From positions 14,126 through 78,125 of the forward strand of contig JBALWA010000007.1 in the NCBI GenBank assembly GCA_036960305.1: 64,000 nucleotides of DNA, read 5' to 3'. The position numbers were made by a program, and so were the translations under genes. The notes under the pieces are model-generated. The model was given only the letters and a program-made list of their open reading frames with translations, ran no database searches and was not told the origin of the DNA. Source of the stretch: Halioglobus sp. GTDB taxonomy: Bacteria > Pseudomonadota > Gammaproteobacteria > Pseudomonadales > Halieaceae. Positions 54,874 to 62,871 of this stretch are shown here, piece after piece. Position 1 is the first letter of the stretch. Each line of letters opens with the position of its first letter.

Positions 54874-55917
54874 TTAAGCAAGCTCTTCAACAAACGAACG
54901 AATACGCTCAATAGCTTCGGGAGACTGGGAGAGATCCGCGTGATCAACCGCGTTAATCTCGAGAAACTCAGCATTGGGAAGCCCTTCCGCCAACGCTCTT
55001 CCCAGGCGTATGGGGACGGCCATGTCACCAGCATAGTGAATGACCAGACAGGGACAATGAATGCCGGGCAACAGGGGGCGTACATCCACCTTTTTCATAA
55101 AGTCGACCAGTTGCTTTATTGCGTGTCGCGTAGAAATGAGCCGCTCGAACGCCTTGTACGTTTGGTCGTCGATCAGTTCCCTGCTAATGCTGGGAAAAAA
55201 AATGTCGCGCAAGCTGCCCGTGCCCCATGCAGCGACCATGGCGTCTAGCGTATTCTCCGATATACCGCCCGGTAGGTCCTCTCGCTGTAGCCAGCTTGCT
55301 GTGGTACCGAGTAAGACCAGCCCCTTAACTCTCTCAGGGTGGTCGTGGGCGAACTTCAAACACATTGAGCCCCCCTCAGAAATGCCGTAAAGCACAGCAC
55401 TGTCTAGTTCGGCAGCATCCATCACAGCTTCTATGTCCCTCACCCGTTCTTCCAGGTTCGGCGCTTCCAGGCTTGGGTCGGAAAGACCTTGTCCACGCTT
55501 ATCGAAACTGATGATACGCGCGAAGCTCGCCAGGGCTTTCTGTGAGTCTCGGATCGGCGGCAGGTGTGCGGAAATATTCAGGTGCGAGATAATACCTGGC
55601 GTCATAAGAATTTCCTGCGCGCCGGAGCCGTAAATACTGTACGCAATGCGCAGTCCATCGCTATGAGCAAAATGTACGGAGTCGGGTGTCGGGGCGCTGA
55701 GCATCTTGATAGTGATTTTCGAATCGGCGACGGTTGCTTCCTGCACTGCTTCTACCGGCGTCTTGGTAGAACCGTGGTCCGGTGCGGCCCTGAATCGCCT
55801 GAATAAGAGTCCACCGATGGAAACCAGGACCCCCAACAGAACGATGATCGCTGCAGTGCCGCTGAGCAGTGATTCATTATCGGCAATCCATTGACCAATG
55901 GCTGCGACGGTTTCCAT
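54874..55917 (-). CDS. Alpha/beta-hydrolase with N-terminal membrane anchor
   Basis: TM AAIIVLLGVLVSIGGLLF and nucleophile elbow GISEGGSM, with His near the C-terminus (INAVDHAD). I chose the ATG at 55917; the listed 55962 start is TTG. Confidence 0.7.
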   Translation of the reverse strand: METVAAIGQWIADNESLLSGTAAIIVLLGVLVSIGGLLFRRFRAAPDHGSTKTPVEAVQEATVADSKITIKMLSAPTPDSVHFAHSDGLRIAYSIYGSGAQEILMTPGIISHLNISAHLPPIRDSQKALASFARIISFDKRGQGLSDPSLEAPNLEERVRDIEAVMDAAELDSAVLYGISEGGSMCLKFAHDHPERVKGLVLLGTTASWLQREDLPGGISENTLDAMVAAWGTGSLRDIFFPSISRELIDDQTYKAFERLISTRHAIKQLVDFMKKVDVRPLLPGIHCPCLVIHYAGDMAVPIRLGRALAEGLPNAEFLEINAVDHADLSQSPEAIERIRSFVEELA

Positions 55918-56009
55918 ATGCGCCCTGCTTATTATGTTTGTGAGCTGACTCCAGTGTAGCAACTATCGCTCAATGATTACACAGCGAGCCAGCACCGTGG
56001 TGTCGCGTG

Positions 56010-57311
56010 TTAAAGCTCGTCGCGAATCTTGAAATAACTCATCCCCACAGCGAGTGCGGGTCGCCTGAACCATTTCCCACCGGGGAAGGCCCGGTGCTTG
56101 ATGTTTGCGAAGATATCAAAACGCTGGGGCGAGCCATCGATCATCTCTGCGGTAATTCGCGCCATCATATGTGTAGGCGATACGCCGTGACCGGAATAAG
56201 CCTGGATGTAAGCCACATTATCCGACAGACGACCCAGTTGTGGCATGCGGTTAAGGCCAATGCCCATCTGGCCACTCCAGCCATAGTCGATATCGACACC
56301 CGCGAGGGCCGGGAACACCTTCTCCATCTTTCGGCGAAGCGTTCCCTCGAGATCTTTGGGTTCAAGGCCTGTGTAGTTAGACAGCCCGCCAAACACCATG
56401 CGCCGATCGGCGGAAAGACGGAAATAGTCCAGTGCGGTCCGCGGGTCACACACCGCCACGTCACCGGGCATTAATTCCTGCGCTAAAGATTCAGACAAGG
56501 GCGCAGTAGCCACCACGGAGCTGCTTGAAGGGAGAACGCGAGAGGCCAGTTTCGGCACGAGACCTCCAAGGTAGGCATTCCCTGCGAGAACGATCTGTTT
56601 CGCACTTACGCTGCCCTGGTCGGTGCGCACCCTGGGCCTGGCGCCATCTTCAATGGTGACAACGCGGGACTGCTCGAAGATCCTGGCACCGAGTCCCTCG
56701 GCAGCCCGGGCCTCACCTATGCAGAGATTGAGTGGATGCAAATGACCATTGCCCGGGTTGTACAAACCGCCGCAGTAGGCGTCTGAATTCACATACTCTT
56801 TCAGTTCCTCCCTATTCAACAGACGAAGCTGATGCGGGTTTCCCAGCTGTTCCTCTTCTGTTTTCCACTCGGCGTATTCCTTCATGTGCCTCGGCTTGAG
56901 CGCCACGTCGCAGTAGCCCATCTTCAAGTCACATTGGATCTCGTACTTGGCCACACGCTCCCGGACAATCTCATTGGCCTCCAGGCCCATGGAATTGATG
57001 CTCTTGATGCCCTCTTCGCCAATTTGCTTGCGAAAGCGATCGGCGCCGTGGCCGATACCACCAATTAGCTGACCGCCGTTGCGGCCGGAGGCGCCCCAGC
57101 TAATGCGATTAGCCTCCAGTAGTACAACCGCAACACCGCGCTCCGCCAATTCGACTGCGGTGTTTACGCCAGTGAAGCCCCCGCCCACCACAACGACGTC
57201 GGCGTCGATGTCAGCCTGTAGCTGTGGGTAGTCAGTCTGCCAATTGGCGGTGGATGCATAGTGAGAAGTAGTGTGCTCCGAAGTTTCGGTAGCTTGTTTT
57301 AGTCCAAACAT
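56010..57311 (-). CDS. FAD-dependent oxidoreductase, gamma-glutamylamine (PuuB-like) oxidase
   Basis: DVVVVGGGFTGVNTAVELAERG, WGASGRNGGQLIGG, GHLHPLNLCIGEA and AYSGHGV. 433 aa. Confidence 0.75.
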   Translation of the reverse strand: MFGLKQATETSEHTTSHYASTANWQTDYPQLQADIDADVVVVGGGFTGVNTAVELAERGVAVVLLEANRISWGASGRNGGQLIGGIGHGADRFRKQIGEEGIKSINSMGLEANEIVRERVAKYEIQCDLKMGYCDVALKPRHMKEYAEWKTEEEQLGNPHQLRLLNREELKEYVNSDAYCGGLYNPGNGHLHPLNLCIGEARAAEGLGARIFEQSRVVTIEDGARPRVRTDQGSVSAKQIVLAGNAYLGGLVPKLASRVLPSSSSVVATAPLSESLAQELMPGDVAVCDPRTALDYFRLSADRRMVFGGLSNYTGLEPKDLEGTLRRKMEKVFPALAGVDIDYGWSGQMGIGLNRMPQLGRLSDNVAYIQAYSGHGVSPTHMMARITAEMIDGSPQRFDIFANIKHRAFPGGKWFRRPALAVGMSYFKIRDEL

Positions 57312-57705
57312 GGTGTCTCTCCAACAAAATCAATCAATACAGCCAAGTGGTGAAAAGCTCACGTCGGCCGTGCGAGGTCGAGATTTAGTCAGAAAAGATA
57401 GGATCGCTGTCTTCGCCACGGAAAAAATTCTGCCAGACAGAAGACGTGCTGGCAAAATGACTCCAGGCGATAAACGGTCTTGTGGCAGCGGTGTGATTCA
57501 TAGTGTCCCGTGTAGATTCTACAGCTCTGGCGCTGCAAAGCCCATTTTTACCCTGTGGGTAGTGGCTTGTCAACGTTCACGCAGATACCAGGTAGTTCCC
57601 CGGAAGTCGTGCCCTATACGTTAGGTAGAGAGTTTCGGCAAGGCTTTCTATATTCATTGTCAGGTACAATGGATCGCGCATACTCAATCATCAATTTATC
57701 AATGG

Positions 57706-58995
57706 ATGGGCACTGTTTTGCAGACGGCACAGGAACATACCGGCTCCTATTACGCAGCCACTGCGAACGAGATCACAGACTACCCTCCCCTGCGAGGCGA
57801 GCACTCTGCGGATGTCTGCGTCATCGGTGCCGGATTTACCGGACTGTCCACCGCCCTGCACCTCGCCGAAAAGGGTTTCAAAGTACACGTGGTGGAAACC
57901 AACCGGGTCGGCTGGGGCGCGTCTGGCCGTAATGGCGGACAACTGATCGGTGGCATTTCCGGAGAGCATAAACTCGCCTCCAGCCTGGGTAGCGATGGCG
58001 AGCGCATATTATGGGAACTGCGCTGGCGGGGTCACGAGATCATTCGCCAGAGGGTACAACAGTACGACATTGACTGCGACCTCAAGTGGGGCTATCTGGA
58101 CGTGGCCATTAAGCCGCGCCATATCGCCGATCTGGAAGCGGAAATGCTCAAACTACAGCGCTATGAGTTTCCGGCAGAATATAAGTTACTCAATGCCGTC
58201 GAAACCGCTCAGCAAATTGGCACGGATGCCTACATAGGCGCGTTAATGAACAATGGTAACGGCCATCTTCACCCGCTGAACCTGTGTGTAGGCGAGGCAC
58301 GGGCGGCAGCGTCTCTCGGCGTAACTATTTCCGAGCAGTCAACCGTTCTGCGCATCGACAGGGGCCTGCGACCAAAGGTTATAACTGAACAGGGAACGGT
58401 CGAAGCTGACTCAGTGGTGCTCGCGGGTAACGCCTACCACCTTATTGAGCCGGGTTTGCGTAACCACCTTGTGCCAGTAAACAGCTTTATTATCGCCACC
58501 GAACCACTAAGCGAAGCCCAGGTGCAGCGTTACAATCCAGACGATTTGGCGATCTGTGACCCCAATTACGTACTGGAATATTTTCGGCTCTCTGCTGACA
58601 AGCGCATGCTGTTCGGTGGCCGCTGTAATTACTTTGGCTCCGACCCGGCTCACATCCAGTCCATGCTGGTGCCCAAATTGCGACGGGTCTTCCCGGAGCT
58701 GGGCGCTCTTCGCATTGACTTCGCCTGGGGCGGTACAATCGGCGTTACAGTCAATCGCGTGCCCCAGCTGGGAAGACTGGAAAATAACATCTATTTCTCC
58801 CAGGGATACTCTGGTCACGGCGTCAACGTCACGCACCTCGCCGGACAGGTTATGGCCGAGGCCATTAGTGGGGATATGGAACGCCTGGACATATTCTCTC
58901 GTATCAAACCGAGACCTTTGCCGGGGCTGCGGCGTCTCAGTGTGCCAGCAGTCAGTCTCGGGATGCTGTACTATCAACTCAAAGATAAGCTATAA
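57706..58995 (+). CDS. FAD-dependent oxidoreductase, second PuuB-like paralog
   Basis: It shares the motif set of its divergent neighbour (DVCVIGAGFTGLSTALHLAEKG, WGASGRNGGQLIGG, GHLHPLNLCVGEA, GYSGHGV). The two look roughly half identical by eye. Confidence 0.75.
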   Translation: MGTVLQTAQEHTGSYYAATANEITDYPPLRGEHSADVCVIGAGFTGLSTALHLAEKGFKVHVVETNRVGWGASGRNGGQLIGGISGEHKLASSLGSDGERILWELRWRGHEIIRQRVQQYDIDCDLKWGYLDVAIKPRHIADLEAEMLKLQRYEFPAEYKLLNAVETAQQIGTDAYIGALMNNGNGHLHPLNLCVGEARAAASLGVTISEQSTVLRIDRGLRPKVITEQGTVEADSVVLAGNAYHLIEPGLRNHLVPVNSFIIATEPLSEAQVQRYNPDDLAICDPNYVLEYFRLSADKRMLFGGRCNYFGSDPAHIQSMLVPKLRRVFPELGALRIDFAWGGTIGVTVNRVPQLGRLENNIYFSQGYSGHGVNVTHLAGQVMAEAISGDMERLDIFSRIKPRPLPGLRRLSVPAVSLGMLYYQLKDKL

Positions 58996-59006
58996 CAACA
59001 AGGGAT

Positions 59007-60401
59007 ATGGATTTGGCAATGAAGCTTGCTGATAAGGCCGAACTGGAGCGCTTTCTGGAGCAGTATCCGGAGATAGAAATGCTCGAATTATTGATGCCGG
59101 ATATCAATGGCATCTTGCGCTGCAAGCGCATCCTGCGGCGAGAATTCGACAGCTTCTTTGGGCATACACTCAAGGCGCCGATTACCACCCCTTTTTTGGG
59201 TATCCTGGGGGACCTGTACGACGAAACAAATCCGACACTGTTTGCAGGAGACCCGGACCAGTTGCTACTGCCCGTCAGCGGCACGCTGGCGCCCGTGCCC
59301 TGGGTTGATTCCCCCACGGCTCAGGTATTGACGCGCTTCGCCAACCTCGACGGCTCGCCGGCCTGGCCTGACACCAGCAATGTGCTGGCCACCACGCTGG
59401 AGAATTATCGAGCCGACGGACTTTATCCCGTGGTCGCCACCGAATTGGAATTCTACCTGTTGACATCCGACAGTGATGGCAAGCCACAACCGTTACTGGG
59501 GAAGGTGCCAGGTACAAAAAGACCACAACAGGGTATTCAGTACTGTATGGCAGACGACTTGTTCGACTGTGATGACTTCCTCGACGATGTACGTAAGGCC
59601 TGTGAACTTCAGGGCGTGCCGCTGACGGCAATGCACGCAGAATTCTCACCCGGTCAGTGGGAAATCAATACCCATCATGTGAAGGATCCCATTCAGGCCT
59701 GCGATCACGCTATGTTGTTAAAACGTATTGTCAAAGGCGTGGCGCGCAAGCACGGTTTTGCCGCCACATTTATGGCCAAGCCCTTCGGTGACGCCGCCGG
59801 CAGCGGCCTGCACATTCACACCAGCGTATATGACAGCGACGGCAATAACATTTTCAGTGATCCCAAGGCGGAGGAGCCGCCGGCCATGTCAGATACCTTG
59901 CGCCATGCGATCGGTGGGATGTCCGAGACCATGGCAGAATCTATGGCTATTTTCGCGCCAAATGCCAACTCCTATAGGCGGTTCAAACCGGGCGTCTACG
60001 CCCCCATAAGCCCCACCTGGGGCTATAATCACCGTGAGGTTGCCCTGCGCATTCCGGTCTCCACAGACGACAATCGCCGCATTGAGCACCGGGTTGCCGG
60101 CGCAGATGCTAACCCCTACCTGACTATGGCGGCCGTGCTTGCCGGCATCCACTACGGTATCAGCAATCGCTGTTCACCCGGGGAGGAAACCTCCGCCGGG
60201 GAAGAACTGGCAAGCAGTGATGTCTCATTGCCAAAACGCTGGGATGCTGCGCTGAATTTGTTTCGGGGCAGTGCGGTACTGCCAAAATACCTGGGAAAGC
60301 AGTACTGTGAGGTATTCGCCGACAAGCGCCAGGGTGAATGCGACGACTTCCATTCACGTGTTACTGATATCGATTACGATTGGTACTTGCGCGCACTCTA
60401 A
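59007..60401 (+). CDS. Glutamine synthetase family protein, gamma-glutamyl-polyamine/amine ligase (PuuA-like)
   Basis: ATELEFYL, HAEFSPGQWEIN, FMAKPFGDAAGSGLHIHTS and NSYRRF are type-III-like GS/PuuA motifs. An alternative ATG lies at 59019. Confidence 0.8.
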   Translation: MDLAMKLADKAELERFLEQYPEIEMLELLMPDINGILRCKRILRREFDSFFGHTLKAPITTPFLGILGDLYDETNPTLFAGDPDQLLLPVSGTLAPVPWVDSPTAQVLTRFANLDGSPAWPDTSNVLATTLENYRADGLYPVVATELEFYLLTSDSDGKPQPLLGKVPGTKRPQQGIQYCMADDLFDCDDFLDDVRKACELQGVPLTAMHAEFSPGQWEINTHHVKDPIQACDHAMLLKRIVKGVARKHGFAATFMAKPFGDAAGSGLHIHTSVYDSDGNNIFSDPKAEEPPAMSDTLRHAIGGMSETMAESMAIFAPNANSYRRFKPGVYAPISPTWGYNHREVALRIPVSTDDNRRIEHRVAGADANPYLTMAAVLAGIHYGISNRCSPGEETSAGEELASSDVSLPKRWDAALNLFRGSAVLPKYLGKQYCEVFADKRQGECDDFHSRVTDIDYDWYLRAL

Positions 60402-61168
60402 GCTTTGAAACGGGCACGCCGGTACTGCCCGGGGGACTGTCCTGTGCTCTTTTTGAAGGCGGCGTAAAAGGTGGATGTCGAGTTGAAGCCGACGCTGAGG
60501 GCTATATCGAGTATGGGGGGCGCCCCACCCTCCTTGCAACACAGGCTAGACATCGCTTCCTTCACCCGGTGCTGGTTGACATAGTCAAAGAAGCTCATCC
60601 CGAAGCCTGCATTAATCGCCTGGGACAGATGGTTAACAGAACAGTCGAGACGAAGAGCCAACTGCGGTAACGAAAGCCCTGGATCCAGGAACACCTTCTC
60701 CTGCACCATCAAACGCGTCAGCCCATCCATGACCTTTTGCAAACCCGCCTCGTCCAGTCCGGATTTCGCATAGCGCTGGGAGACAATGCCCCTGCGACTT
60801 GCTCGGACAGTATCGGCGTCTTGATAGTAGTCCTCGATTTTTCCGGCGATCTCGCCCTGCATGGTAATAAACTCAGCGCCCATCCAGCCGGGGTTATCAC
60901 CCTCATCCTGTGGAATGGCGCGATACTGGTAAGCAATGGAAGTCTCGCCGGTGCAGATCTCCCCCACCAGCTGATAACGGTTCTTATCCTGGGCGAAAAA
61001 CTCCTTTAAATGCTCAATAAGGCCATCCCTGGTCAATTCGTGCTGAATAGGGATATCGAAGTAAACACCATCCAGGCTAAGGTGCTCGGCTACACTACCG
61101 GCATCGTGCTGATTCCATGCATCGATATAGCTACTGACAAAATCCCTGGAAGTGGCTTCAGTATTCAT
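60398..61168 (-). CDS. AraC-family regulator with N-terminal NTF2/SnoaL-like domain
   Basis: N-terminus FVSSYIDAWNQHDAGSVAEHLSLDGVYFD (SnoaL-like). C-terminus LPQLALRLDCSVNHLSQAIN...LSVGFNSTSTFYAAFKKSTGQSPGQYR (AraC HTH pair). The start overlaps the upstream stop by 4 nt. Confidence 0.8.
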   Translation of the reverse strand: MNTEATSRDFVSSYIDAWNQHDAGSVAEHLSLDGVYFDIPIQHELTRDGLIEHLKEFFAQDKNRYQLVGEICTGETSIAYQYRAIPQDEGDNPGWMGAEFITMQGEIAGKIEDYYQDADTVRASRRGIVSQRYAKSGLDEAGLQKVMDGLTRLMVQEKVFLDPGLSLPQLALRLDCSVNHLSQAINAGFGMSFFDYVNQHRVKEAMSSLCCKEGGAPPILDIALSVGFNSTSTFYAAFKKSTGQSPGQYRRARFKA

Positions 61169-61797
61169 GCGATCTCGTCTGCCCTCGCCTTGCGGTTTGA
61201 GCCGTCAATCAACTCCGGCGGCATATAATCGAAAATAAAATTTATCCTGAACTCACTGCCCTTGTTCATCACGCTATGCGTCTTTTGATTGTTGATTTCA
61301 TAGGCCTGACCGACCTGCATTTTATAAGGCCGCCCTTCGATCATAAAGCGCACACGCGGGTTGGTCTTGATGGGGATGTGAATACGGTGGCCGTGGTGAA
61401 AACTGGGATGACTGTCACGATGCGGGGTGATTAATTCACCGGGGAGCAATTTGGCGGCCATAGCCCGCACGATCGTTCCACCAGGGGCATAATGGTCACG
61501 TATGATCCCCTCCATCACCGGTACCGCCTGCTTGGCGAGCAGGTCCCAGCCGGATTCGCGAGTCACTGTGATATCGGGCCAACCGGAACCGTCAGTAAAA
61601 ATCAGCACAACCGACTCGGTGCTGCGGTGGACGTCATAATCCTGCTGCCGCCGTTGATCCTGCTCCCAGGCGGGCTGTGGTAATGCCAGTGTTGCCTCTA
61701 CGAGTGCCGTGACATCTACTGTGCCAAGTTCCCGTAGCGGCTCGCCGATATCCAAGCTGATATCCCTCGTATAGCCAGATTGAAAGATTATCACCAC
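61165..61797 (-). CDS. Aspartyl/asparaginyl beta-hydroxylase-like cupin oxygenase
   Basis: LITPHRDSHPSFHHGHRIHIPIKTNPRVRFMIEGRPYKMQVGQAYEINNQKTHSVMN fits the Asp/Asn hydroxylase-family core pattern. Confidence 0.7.
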   Translation of the reverse strand: MVIIFQSGYTRDISLDIGEPLRELGTVDVTALVEATLALPQPAWEQDQRRQQDYDVHRSTESVVLIFTDGSGWPDITVTRESGWDLLAKQAVPVMEGIIRDHYAPGGTIVRAMAAKLLPGELITPHRDSHPSFHHGHRIHIPIKTNPRVRFMIEGRPYKMQVGQAYEINNQKTHSVMNKGSEFRINFIFDYMPPELIDGSNRKARADEIA

Positions 61798-61880
61798 GGC
61801 AGTTTAGAAGCCAGAGGTAGCGACCAACCGTAATACTTGAGGCATAATGGTATCTTACTTCAGCAGTATTCTTATCGCCT

Positions 61881-62828
61881 ATGAGCATTGAACTTCCCAA
61901 ACTGATCGCCACCTCAGTAGTCCGTGGCAGCCAACAGGGCGAGAGCCACGGCGGTGTATTCAAGATTGATTTTAGCAACCAGGCCTGTGAGCAGGTCATC
62001 GACTGGAACAGCGGTGACATCGACTGGGATGGTCGAGGTGCTGACCGGGGCCTGCGCGGCATCGCTTTTGACGGAGATGATATCTATATCGCGGCCTCTG
62101 ACGAAATTTTTTGCTATGACCGCAATTTCCAGCTTCAATTCAGCAAGCGCAATCGCCACCTGAAACACTGCCACGAAATATGCCGAAAGGATCGTATGTT
62201 GTTCCTGAGTTCTACCGGCCACGACAGCCTTTTGGCCTTCGACCTGGATCAGCAGGCCTTCACCTGGGGGTTTCACCTGCAAAAAACTCAGGGCCGCTGG
62301 GGAGGCTTTGCCTTCGACCCTCGCGAAAACTCTGGCCCGCGCAAGGTGAATGAGCACCATATCAATATGGTGCATGTAGATGATAGAGGGATTTTCCTTA
62401 GCGGCCTTCGCACAGGAGCCCTGCTGCATATCAATCGCAATAATGAGGTGACCGAGGTCTGCCAGCTGCCGACGGGGACCCATAATGCCCGCCCATTCGA
62501 TGACGGGGTGTTATTCAACGATACAGCCAGTGACTGTGTTCGCTTTGTTTCACGCGAAGGCAGTGATCGCGCCTGGCCAATCAAGCATTACGACACGGCG
62601 GAAATTCAGCAAGCGGGTATTGATGACTCCAAAATTGCCCGGCAGGGTTTTGGCCGCGGCCTTTGTGTCTATGAGAACCGTGTCGTTATAGGCGGTTCTT
62701 CACCATCGACCATCTCCATGTACGACCTGGTGTCCGGAGCAGTGCTTGGGTCTGTTAACCTCACGATGGATATTCGCAATGCGATTCACGGCCTGGAAGT
62801 CTGGCCTTATCAGAACTCTTCGCAATGA
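61881..62828 (+). CDS. Hypothetical protein, possibly beta-propeller (weak resemblance to DUF4915/TIGR03032-type proteins)
   Basis: 315-aa ORF with no competing gene, followed by a strong terminator. Repeated strand-like blocks (GIAFDGDDIYIAASD, MLFLSSTGHDSLLAFD, GIFLSGLRTGALLHI, GTHNARPFDDGVLFNDTASD). The confidence refers to the coding call, not the function. Confidence 0.6.
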   Translation: MSIELPKLIATSVVRGSQQGESHGGVFKIDFSNQACEQVIDWNSGDIDWDGRGADRGLRGIAFDGDDIYIAASDEIFCYDRNFQLQFSKRNRHLKHCHEICRKDRMLFLSSTGHDSLLAFDLDQQAFTWGFHLQKTQGRWGGFAFDPRENSGPRKVNEHHINMVHVDDRGIFLSGLRTGALLHINRNNEVTEVCQLPTGTHNARPFDDGVLFNDTASDCVRFVSREGSDRAWPIKHYDTAEIQQAGIDDSKIARQGFGRGLCVYENRVVIGGSSPSTISMYDLVSGAVLGSVNLTMDIRNAIHGLEVWPYQNSSQ

Positions 62829-62855
62829 AAAAGGCCGGTAAAAACCGGCCTTTTT
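62828..62855. terminator. Bidirectional rho-independent terminator between convergent genes
   Basis: AAAAA-GGCCGGT-aaaa-ACCGGCC-TTTTT: a perfect 7-bp GC-rich stem (62833-62839 / 62844-62850) with a 4-nt loop, flanked by an A-run and a T-run. Confidence 0.85.
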
Positions 62856-62871
62856 CATTCAACTGCGTATT

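Noticed and set aside
54747-55085. A 112-aa minus-strand ORF overlapping the 3' part of the alpha/beta-hydrolase gene.
   Set aside because: It occupies an alternative frame of a gene with clear hydrolase motifs, and its translation is low-complexity.
57271-57624. A 117-aa plus-strand ORF and a 62-aa minus-strand ORF (57385-57573) in the long puuB-puuB intergenic region.
   Set aside because: The first overlaps the oxidase start codon. Both have Arg/Cys/Ser-rich, domain-free translations and no SD. They are treated as non-coding, and the region is discussed as regulatory instead.
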